Shown piece after piece: positions 49,006-58,826 of a stretch of DNA of 64,000 nt. Every line of letters starts with the position of its first letter. Position 1 is the stretch's first letter. A program made the position numbers and the translations under genes. This DNA is from Rebecca billardiae RCC1528. Lineage: Eukaryota; Protista; Haptophyta. A model generated the notes under the pieces. The model saw nothing but the letters and a program-made list of their open reading frames with translations. It ran no database searches and had not been told where the DNA came from. Location: the NCBI GenBank assembly GCA_965240325.2, contig OZ251251.1, positions 682,001 through 746,000 on the forward strand, in the 5' to 3' direction.

Positions 49006-50307
49006 ATGGGCCGCGCGCCGACCGCGCCCAAAGATCGGCGCGGGCGCAAAGGCGCCCACCGCGTCGGCTACGCTCCGAACAGGCGGGTATCGCGGGAGTG
49101 TATTGCTCTGGATTACAACCCGAAGGCCCTGGGCCCTGCGGAGAGGTTTCACCATGCGATCGGCGCGTGCGTGCTGTGCCTCAATGAAGGCTCTCCGTTG
49201 GCCTCAGCTTTCCAGAGGGCGGCGCGGTCGGCCGAGGTCACCGAGAAGACGATGAAGAAGTGGTTCATGGACTGGCACACGGAGGGCTGGCACATCGATG
49301 CTGACGGGAAGCCGAAGCGCGGTCCACGCCCACGCCTCAGTGCCAAGGCGCAGGCGGCGCTTACGTCCGAGCTCAGCGCCGGGCCGGCTGGTCAGAGTGT
49401 GCGGAAGGCTGCGTGCCGCGCCGTCGGTGCTGGATCGCTCGATGCGTCCGCGCTCGACGTCTCCGACGAGACGCTACGCCGCGCGGCGCGGAAGAAGATG
49501 GATTGGGAGCCGCTCAAGGTGAGGAAGCAGATCACGGCTCAGCAGGCGAAGAAGCGGGTGGCGTTCGCACGGTGGCTGCAGAGAGTCAAGGCGATGGTTG
49601 ACAGGCTGTTCTTCACCGACTCGAAGTACTTCAAGTTCGACGTCACGAACCGGAGCACGGTGATGTCGTGGACGCTGCGTGACGAGCCCAAGCGCAAGCT
49701 GAACCAGGTCCAGGCAGGTGACTGCGTGATCCATGGCTACGCCGGCGCCTGCTCTCGCGGCATCACGCCGCTCTATTTTGCCACGGGCACTCACGGCCGC
49801 ACGCATGAGAATGGTCGCGGCAAGCAGTGCCGTGGCGTGTGCTGGAAGGAGTACCTGAACGACGTGCTGCCTTTCCTGGACAAGGAGGCCCAGGCGCTCT
49901 TCGGCAACTTCATCAGACAGATGATCTTCCAGCAGGACAGTGCCTCACCCCACACGGCGCTGGCTGTGCGCCAATGGCTCGACGAGCGGTTTGGCCCCGA
50001 GGGACACCTTGGCCCCAAGTCGACCGAGGGTCAGCCGGGCCGTAGCTGGCCGCCGAACAGCGCCGACTTGTCGCTCATTGAGCATGTCTGGGCGCGCGTG
50101 GAGCAGCTTCTCAACGCATGGAAGCACAAGTGGTGCACCGACAACCCGAGCAAGCAGCGGCCAACCTTCAAGGAGTTCGAGGAGGTGGTGAAGGCTAAGT
50201 TCGAGGAGGTACGGAACGACAAGAAGTTCATCCAGGCGCTGTTCAAATCCTATCGGCGTCGGCTGCAGGACTGCGTCGAGACCAAGGGTGAGCAGCGCGT
50301 GCGCTGA
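49006..50307 (+). CDS. Tc1/mariner/IS630-superfamily DDE transposase (DD47E)
   Basis: GPRPRLS linker, VSDETLRRAA HTH, KRVAFAR, FFTDSKYF (D1), FQQDSASPH (D2), WPPNSADLSLIEHVW (E), SYRRRLQDCVETKG; uninterrupted 433 aa. Confidence 0.95.
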   Translation: MGRAPTAPKDRRGRKGAHRVGYAPNRRVSRECIALDYNPKALGPAERFHHAIGACVLCLNEGSPLASAFQRAARSAEVTEKTMKKWFMDWHTEGWHIDADGKPKRGPRPRLSAKAQAALTSELSAGPAGQSVRKAACRAVGAGSLDASALDVSDETLRRAARKKMDWEPLKVRKQITAQQAKKRVAFARWLQRVKAMVDRLFFTDSKYFKFDVTNRSTVMSWTLRDEPKRKLNQVQAGDCVIHGYAGACSRGITPLYFATGTHGRTHENGRGKQCRGVCWKEYLNDVLPFLDKEAQALFGNFIRQMIFQQDSASPHTALAVRQWLDERFGPEGHLGPKSTEGQPGRSWPPNSADLSLIEHVWARVEQLLNAWKHKWCTDNPSKQRPTFKEFEEVVKAKFEEVRNDKKFIQALFKSYRRRLQDCVETKGEQRVR

Positions 50308-50424
50308 AGAGCAGTGTCGGACAATGATGGTATAGTTTATTAGCTGCTCAGTATAGTAGATCTCGAGTCATATCATATCAGCCTATAGGCTATAGCTTAC
50401 TCTACGTCTAACGTCACGTCTCAC

Positions 50425-53344
50425 GACGGCTGCGACCAGCGGCGGCTAGCTCAGCAGAGCGGCGCGACTGAGCGATGATGTGCGCGCCGGGCGGGCACGC
50501 CGACGCGTGAGCAGTGCGCCCCGGGGCCGCTCGACGCGCGCGCGCGCGCCCGGCCGCACGGCGCCTCCTCCACGCGGCCCCATGTCCCGGCTCAGAGCGA
50601 GCAGCTGACAGCAACTGGTCTTCACGATCTGCGGCGGCGGCGAGCAGCTACGACTGCTACGGGGGCCTCAGAGCGCGGCGAGGACGAGCTAGCTGGGCGA
50701 GATCGGGGTGCGGGGCACTCGGCGCGGCCCAGGCACACCGAGCCCACGTGCCAGCGGGGCGGCGCCGCGCCGCGCGCGCGCGCGCTCGCGCGCCGACTTT
50801 TGTCGGGTCAGATCAGCCTACGGCAGCTCACGGCCTCAGCCGACGGCTGCGACCAGCGGCGGCTAGCTCAGCAGAGCGGCGCGACTGAGCGATGATGCGC
50901 GCGCCGGGCGGGCACGCCGACGCGTGAGCAGTGCGCCCCGGGGCCGCTCGACGCGCACGCGCGCGCCCGGCCGCACGGCGCCTCCTCCTCGCGGCCCCAT
51001 GTCCCGGCTCAGAGCGAGCAGCTGACAGCAGCTGGTCTTCACGATCTGCGGCGGCGGCGAGCAGCTACGACTGCTACGGGGGCCTCAGAGCGCGGCGAGG
51101 ACGAGCTAGCTGGGCGAGATCCGGGTGCGGGGTGCTCTGCGTGGCCCAGGCACACCGAGCCCACGTGCCAGCGGGGCGGCGCGGCGCCGCGCGCGCGCGC
51201 GCGCTCGCGCCGACTTTTGTCGGGTCAGATCAGCTGACGGCAGCTCACGGCCTCAGCCGACGGCTGCGACCAGCGGCGGCTAGCTCAGCAGAGCGGCGCG
51301 ACTGAGCGATGATGCGCGCGCCGGGCGGGCACGCCGACGCGTGAGCAGTGCGCCCCGGGGCCGCTCGACGCGCACGCGCGCGCCCGGCCGCACGGCGCCT
51401 CCTCCTCGCGGCCCCATGTCCCGGCTCAGAGCGAGCAGCTGACAGCAACTGGTCTTCACGATCTGCGGCGGCGGCGAGCAGCTACGACTGCTACGGGGAC
51501 CTCAGAGCGCGGCGAGGACGCGCGGGCTGGGCGCGATCGGGGTGCGGGACGCTCGGCGCGGCCCAGGCGCACCGAGCCCACGTGCCAGCGAGGTGGCGCG
51601 GCGCGCCGCGCGCGCGCGCTCGCGCGCCGACTTTTGTCGGGTCAGATCAGCTTACGGCAGCTCACGGCCTCAGCCGACGGCTGCGACCAGCGGCGGCTAG
51701 CTCAGCAGAGCGGCGCGACTGAGCGATGATGCGCGCGCCGGGCGGGCGCGCCGACACGTGAGCAGTGCGCCCGGGTGCCGCTCGACGCGCACGCGCGCGC
51801 CCGGCCGCACGGCGTCTCCTCCACGCGGCCCCATGTCCCGGCTCAGAGCGAGCAGCTGACAGCAGCTGGTCTTCACGATCTGCGGCGGCGGCGAGCAGCT
51901 ACGACTGCTACGGGGGCCTCAGAGCGCGGCGAGGACGAGCTAGCTGGGCGAGATCCGGGTGCGGGGTGCTCGGCGCGGCCCAGGCGCACCGAGCCCACGT
52001 GCCAGCGAGGTGGCGCGGCGCGCCGCGCGCGCGCGCTCGCGCGCCGACTTTTGTCGGGTCAGATCAGCTTACGGCAGCTCACGGCCTCAGCCGACGGCTG
52101 CGACCAGCGGCGGCTAGCTCAGCAGAGCGGCGCGACTGAGCAATGATGCGCGCGCCGGGCGGGCACGCCGACGCGTGAGCAGTGCGCCCCGGGGCCGCTC
52201 GACGCGCACGCGCGCGCCCGGCCGCACGGCGCCTCCTCCACGCGGCCCCATGTCCCGGCTCAGAGCGAGCAGCTGACAGCAGCTGGTCTTCACGATCTGC
52301 GGCGGCGGCGAGCAGCTACGACTGCTACGGGGGCCTCAGAGCGCGGCGAGGACGAGCTAGCTGGGCGAGATCCGGGTGCGGGGCACTCGGCGCGGCCCAG
52401 GCACACCGAGCCCACGTGCCAGCGGGGCGGCGCGGCGCCGCGCGCGCGCGCGCGCTCGCGCCGACTTTTGTCGGGTCAGATCAGCTGACGGCAGCTCACG
52501 GCCTCAGCCGACGGCTGCGACCAGCGGCGGCTAGCTCAGCAGAGCGGCGCGACTGAGCGATGATGCGCGCGCCGGGCGGGCACGCCGACGCGTGAGCAGT
52601 GCGCCCCGGGGCCGCTCGACGCGCACGCGCGCGCCCGGCCGCACGGCGCCTCCTCCTCGCGGCCCCATGTCCCGGCTCAGAGCGAGCAGCTGACAGCAGC
52701 TGGTCTTCACGATCTGCGGCGGCGGCGAGCAGCTACGACTGCTACGGGGGCCTCAGAGCGCGGCGAGGACGAGCTAGCTGGGCGAGATCGGGGTGCGGGG
52801 CACTCGGCGCGGCCCAGGCACACCGAGCCCACGTGCCAGCGGGGCGGCGCCGCGCCGCGCGCGCGCGCGCTCGCGCGCCGACTTTTGTCGGGTCAGATCA
52901 GCCTACGGCAGCTCACGGCCTCAGCCGACGGCTGCGACCAGCGGCGGCTAGCTCAGCAGAGCGGCGCGACTGAGCGATGATGCGCGCGCCGGGCGGGCGC
53001 GCCGACGCGTGAGCAGTGCGCCCCGGGGCCGCTCGACGCGCACGCGCGCGCCCGGCCGCACGGCGCCTCCTCCACGCGGCCCCATGTCCCGGCTCAGAGC
53101 GAGCAGCTGACAGCAGCTGGTCTTCACGATCTGCGGCGGCGGCGAGCAGCTACGACTGCTACGGGGGCCTCAGAGCGCGGCGAGGACGAGCTAGCTGGGC
53201 GAGATCCGGGTGCGGGGCACTCGGCGCGGCCCAGGCACACCGAGCCCACGTGCCAGCGGGGCGGCGCCGCGCCGCGCGCGCGCGCGCTCGCGCGCCGACT
53301 TTTGTCGGGTCAGATCAGCCTACGGCAGCTCACGGCCTCAGCCG
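50425..53344 (+). repeat. Tandem array of 7 x 417-bp units
   Basis: The same unit recurs at 50514, 50931, 51348, 51765, 52182, 52599 and 53016 (exact 417 period, substitutions only). Confidence 0.97.
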
Positions 53345-53356
53345 AGGCTGCTCACT

Positions 53357-54150
53357 TAGTCCCTCACAAGTTTAAGCCTCCCGACATTGTTCGCCATATC
53401 AGCGCAGCAAAGCAGCGGCGCGCCACCATACCAGGGGCGTACTTGGCCCACTCCACTGCCGTGCACATGAGGTGCGCCCGGACCCGATTGCTCGAGTCCT
53501 CGCAAATAGGCGTGGCTGTGCATCCTGGGTTGACGTTTGGTACCCGGCGGCCGGCGAGCTCGACTGGCGGCGAGCAGACCTGCCTGCGTGCCGCCGGCTG
53601 TCGGCAGCCTCCGTGCGCTGAGCCGCGCGCCGCGCGGTGCGTGTGCGACGTAGCTCCGCCCACGCCACGCATGCACCCTCGCGCCGCGCCGCCAGCTTGG
53701 CGCTGCCGTCAGCCAGAGCCGATCGAGTGCATGCCCGAGCCTGCTCCGAGAGCATCAATATGGGCTGCGTGTGGCTGCGCGTGCACTTTCGTCGCCTAAT
53801 TTTGCCAGCGTCGAGTTGGCGCGTGGCACGCCCACCGTAGCAGCACGACTCCCGAATGCACAAAAGCCGGGGGTCAGCTGAATTAATGCAGCTCACACGA
53901 CCGCGCTCCACGCCGAAAACCAGCCCGTAGCTGCCCGCCGGCTGGCTCGTGCATGCGCACCGACTGCCGGGCGCATCGACACCGTGGCGCACAGAGCGCG
54001 GGTGCCGCGGCCGGGTGGGTATGTACTGACGCGGCTGGGCCTGGTGCATGCGCGGGCGGATGGGCTCTGCCCGGGTCGGCGCGTAGCGGGCGTGCGGGCT
54101 GAGACAAAGTCGTGCCTGCTGCAGCCGGCAACTAAATTTGTGGGTCCCTA
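53357..54150 (+). repeat. Right 794-bp direct repeat
   Basis: Copy of 47734-48527. Confidence 0.95.
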
Positions 54151-54722
54151 TACTGTTGGGTTCAAACCCCCAGTTTCCAGGTCTCTCTTCGGAGAGCGTG
54201 CGATGAAGGATGGCGCGGCAACCTGCCACCGTGAGCCTTACGCACGTTAAAACAAATAAACTGTACGTACGCGCTATCAAACATTACGTACGCGCTATCA
54301 CTTATCATGAGTCGGCGGTCAGGGCGGTTCACTACACGACGATGTAAATTCCCCTGCTTTATAATAACGCGGGCTCCGGGTGATCAGACTGGCGGCCGAA
54401 GCCTCCAGCCGACGATAGTAAAGTATGCCGGTTCCTGCGGGCAGTCGCAGTGGTGCCTTCCCGCCGGCTTGATGAATACAGTTGACTCTGCATGCATCAT
54501 AACCTGCACGCACCCTCTCGGCTCATCTGGAGAATAGGAATCTGGGTAGAAAAATGGGAATGACGATAATGCGATGGGGAACAACTAGCAACAGTGTGCT
54601 CTGATGAGAGCGCCCGCGGTTCGTCACACATTCTCGTCACCGGATACCTGCGCGCGCTCTTTCGTGTTTGTTGATGTCCGGCGCAAGAGAAGGCCAGAGG
54701 CGGGCTTGGACCCCGAGCTGCC

Positions 54723-57700
54723 ATGGCCGATGAGTGGCCCGAGATGGGGGGGGCGGGTGAGCAGGGGGAAGCGATCGGGCTGGAGGACGACACGTTCGGC
54801 CGCCATCCAGACGAGCTGCGCGAGCTCCGCCCCACCGATGCACAGGCCCATCACAACGACTGCGCCAGCCAGGGGTATGGCGATGCCGCCATGGGATCAC
54901 GCGACAACAAGCCGAGCGTGGGCGCCGCGACTGATGACGAGACCATCTCAGCGATGCGCGGGGCGGGCAGCGCGGGGGTGGCGGTCGCAGCTGACGCAGA
55001 TGACACGGTTCTTGGAGTCGTCGCGAAAGGCGAGCGCGTCCTCGGTGACGACGCGGAGTACGAGATCGGCGGCGGGATTGATCCAGCAGAGCATGCAGCT
55101 GTATGCGCACACGCGTCAGACGAACGCGCGCCCTCGCGCTCGGTGGGTGGGCTCGGACAGTCTCGGGCGGTGGCCTTGACGAGGGGGTTCCGCGGGGAGA
55201 TACGTGCTTGGCGCGCCAGCACCAGTCCCACGAGGGCCACGTGAGCGAATGGTGGCCACGCGAGCACCCGAGTCGCGATGCCCGTGCCCGCGGCGCGGCG
55301 GGTGACGGTCAGCCCGAGCTGACATGCTGCGGCCGCGTTGCATGCTCACTCACGAGCACCCGCTCCCCGTGCCGTCTCCTCCTCGCGCCGCCTGCCCGCA
55401 TCGCGCGCGCAGTTACTCAGTGGGCTCCACAGCACCGAGGACGACACGCACCCGGCCGACGAGTTCTCGCCGTGGGACACGCTGCCCGGCCGGATTGCGA
55501 AGCTCGTCGTGTGCCACGGCAAGCCGATGCCGGAGGAGTTGATCCACGAGGGGATCAAAAGCGTGTACGCCGATCTGCGCAAGGCGGACCAGACGCGCTA
55601 CCGCGGCGATTCCGGGCTCGCCGTCCGCGGCGCGCTCTGCTCGACAGGTCTGTTCCATAAGACGGTCGGTGGGCGCTGGTGCCTCAAGGAGGACACGCTG
55701 CGCGTGCTGATGCTGCGCTTCAAGGAGCGCTCGAGCGCGAGGCGCGGCAAGCAGCAGCTCAAGACGGCGGGCGTGGAGGGGGTGGGCGTGTCGCCAGGCG
55801 CCGGCGCGCCCAAGCTGGCAAGGCAGTCGAGCAGGTGATGCAGCTTTGCGCGCGCCTGCGCGGACGATCGCGTGACGCAACGCAGCGCACTTCGTTCCTT
55901 CGCAGCGGGCTGACCCACTACGCCGCACCCGCCCGCGCGGACGACCCTGCATCGCGCGCTGCTTCGCGCCGCGCAGAGAGGCGTTGGCGCCGTCGTCGAT
56001 GCCGATGCCCCCCATGGGCAAGCACAACCACAGCTCGGCGCGCTCGGTCGACTCCGACTCGATGACGGCCACGGAGCCCGTACAACGGCCGAGGCCGGGG
56101 CCAGCGCCAGCGGCGTCTGATGGCCAGGGTGCCAGCGATGGAGGCTCAGGCGCGGCAGCCGGCCTCGGCAGAGCCGACTCCCGGGATGCGCGCGTCCCGC
56201 CGTGGACCCTCGTCGCCCCGACCTGCCAGCTGCCGTCGCCGTATTCGTGCACTGCTGCGGTGCTGCCGAGGAGCGATCCATCGACATCAGCCATCGGCTG
56301 CGCAGGGGACGGCAGCAGCGGCAAGGCCGGCAAGGCGGCAGGAGCTGGCGGCGTGCTGGCCCAGCCCGGGCAGCCGCAACTCGCGCGCGCCCCCGGCGCT
56401 GTGGCTCCGGCCGGCAAGGACGGAGCGGCCCCGCGAAGGGCCAAACGGGCGCACTCGCCAACGCCACCGTCATCCGCGCCAGCCCCGCAGCAGCGGCGGC
56501 AAGCGTCGGTGGCGGTCGTCCTCACCGAGGGTGAGGCAGCGGCCGTGGGGGTGAGTGCGAGCGCATCGGACGCGACGTCTCACGGCAAGGCCCGTGCCGC
56601 CATCGTCGGCCATGTCGTGCTGTCGGCCACGGGCGTCGGCTCGGACGACGCCAATGGGCTACCTGAGGACGGGCTACCACTGCCGCCGCCGCCGCTGCCG
56701 CCGCCGCCGCCGCAGCAGCTGTCCCCTCCGGCAGGGCCGCAGCTGCCACAGCCGCCGCAGCAGCAGCCGCCGCCGCCGCTGCCGCAGCAGCCGCCGCCGC
56801 AGCGCCAGCTACCGCCAAAGCCGCAACGGCCTCGGCAGCAGCTGCCACCGCCGCCTCCGCCCCAGCCCCGACAATCGCCAGCTGCGCACGGGTTTGCGCC
56901 GCCGCCGCAGCATGCCGGCGCGCACGCGGGCTCGGGCATGGGAGCCCCGCGGACATCCTCTCCGCACTGCGACCCCGGGCGTGGCACCCACGGCAGCGTG
57001 GGGCCCTCCGCGCAGCACCGAGGCCGGGCGTTGCCGCAGCATGGCCGCCCGCCGCCGGGCGCGCCACGGGCGCAGCAGAACCTCGGCGGCGGCGCGAGCG
57101 AACGCAGCGGCGGGCCTTCGCACGAGCACGCGCCGCCCGCGAACGACCTCGCGCGCGCCCCCCCGCTCGCTGGGTTCCACACGCGGTATGCGCGGCAGTA
57201 CGACCAGCTGGTGTGCTTGCTCTCGGACCTCACGACGCGACTTGCCGACGACCCGAGCTGCGAGGCGGTGTTCGACAACCCGTTCGACGGCGTGAACCTC
57301 GAGTCGGAGACCGAGCTGTGGAACGCCATCGGCCACGAGAAGTTCATCTGGCTGCTGCAGATTTACAACTTCCTCGCGCCCAAGCTGCCCATGATGCCCG
57401 AGCGCTGGGCGGAGGGCGCGGCGATGCGCGGCGAGGGCGCGTGGCGCGGTGGCGGCGAGCACTACGCTGGCGACGGCGGCAGTGACGACGAACACGACGA
57501 GCGCGGGCATCCGCACCACCTCCCACGCCACGGCGGCGGCGGCAGCGGCGGCGGCGGCGTGCCCATGGCGCCGCCGCCGCGCGACTCCCGCGATCGGGGC
57601 GGCGCAGGCGATGAGCTGGGGAGCGTGCCGCCGCCCGTGGCTCAGCAGCCGCCAGTGTCGCAAGCGGCGTGGCATCGGCACCCGCCAACTCAGTCCTCGC

Positions 57701-58698
57701 CGCCGCCACCGCCGCCGCCGCTTCCGCCGCCGCCGCTGCAGCAGCAGCCCGCACGCACAGCCTACGCGCCATCCGAGCCGGGGCAGCAGCGGCCGCAGCA
57801 CTCGGAGCGCGCACGGCCGCCGGCGCGCTCGGGCGCTTCGCGGCCCACGGCGCCGGACGGTCGGCCCGAGCACTCCCCGATGGTCGTAGGAGCGCGGCCG
57901 ATGCGCCCGCTCGACAGCGGCGCTCCGTTCCGAGCGGCATGCGAGGCTCGCGGCGTTGGTGGCGGCTCGGACGGCGGAGCGGCGCAGAGCGACGCGCGCA
58001 GCGCTGCACGCGCGGCGCCCCCCGAGCTGCAGCCGCACGGTGGCGCCCCACCGCTCGTGCGCGTGCCAGCTGTGCGCACGTCTACGCCGTCCACGAGTAC
58101 CCCGCCGACTCAGCAGCGGGTCGCGGCCGCCGCGGCCGCGGGTGCAGGCGCGGGCGCGGGCACCAAACCGCCTCCTCGGAAGCGGCAGCGCACGCGCGCG
58201 CCGCGCACCAAAAAGGGCAGTGCCACCGAAGAGGAGCACGCGCCGTGCACCGTCGCCTCGCGAGCAGGCACGGATGGCTCCACCGAGATGCCGCAGCCTG
58301 CGCGCCGCACGGCCCCCGCCGTTGCCGCGCGGCCGATGCTCACGCCGATGGTAACGGACGCCCGGCTGCTCTCGGGGCCGCAGGTGCCGCTGCGGCAGGC
58401 CGCGCACCGGCCGGCCCCGCCGCTCGACTCACCGCGCGACTTCCTCCGCGGCCCTGGCGCCGCTGGCGGCTCTGGCTGCGCATCTCACGCGTGCTCGGCG
58501 CTCGAGGACGATGAGGCCGGGCACATTCGCTTCGCAGATGCTGCTCACGGCGACGACCAGGCGTGCTCCGATTGGCTGGGCTTGCTCTCCGACGCGGGGC
58601 ATCCCCACCAGCTCACGGCGGCCACTGGCGCCCAGCTGGGCATCGGCATGCTGCCGCCGGAGCACATCGACGTGCCCGGCGCCTGGTCGTCGCCGTGA
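54723..58698 (+). CDS. Low-complexity protein with a HARE-HTH-like winged-helix domain, spliced
   Basis: Acidic first exon; globular block RIAKLV...LRKADQTRYRGDSGLAVRGALCSTGLF...RWCL (~55412-55834); second block NPFDGV...EKFIWLLQIYNFL; Pro/Gln-rich linkers. Confidence 0.6.
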
Positions 58699-58826
58699 AC
58701 TCGATATCTAGCGGCGGTGGTATTGCATCAGCCATCACATATGCACCGCGCCGTCTGACGATGAGATGGACCGATGATGGTGAACGATGACTCATGATGC
58801 CGATGATAATAAGTTCAATTGTGTAA

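Larger units (their letters stand above)
47734..54150 (+). mobile_element. Composite Tc1/IS630-type DNA transposon with long direct terminal repeats and an internal tandem array
   Basis: TA at 47732-33 and 54151-52; 794-bp direct repeats; transposase ORF; 7 x 417-bp array. Confidence 0.9.

Noticed and set aside
50514-53375. Seven repeated 124-aa ORFs, or a CRISPR-like array
   Set aside because: GTG starts and R/A-rich GC-shadow composition with no domain; units are wholly homologous with no unique spacers; no cas genes
47734-54150. LTR retrotransposon interpretation of the direct repeats
   Set aside because: No TG..CA ends, PBS, PPT, RT or integrase; TA flanks and a Tc1-type transposase instead
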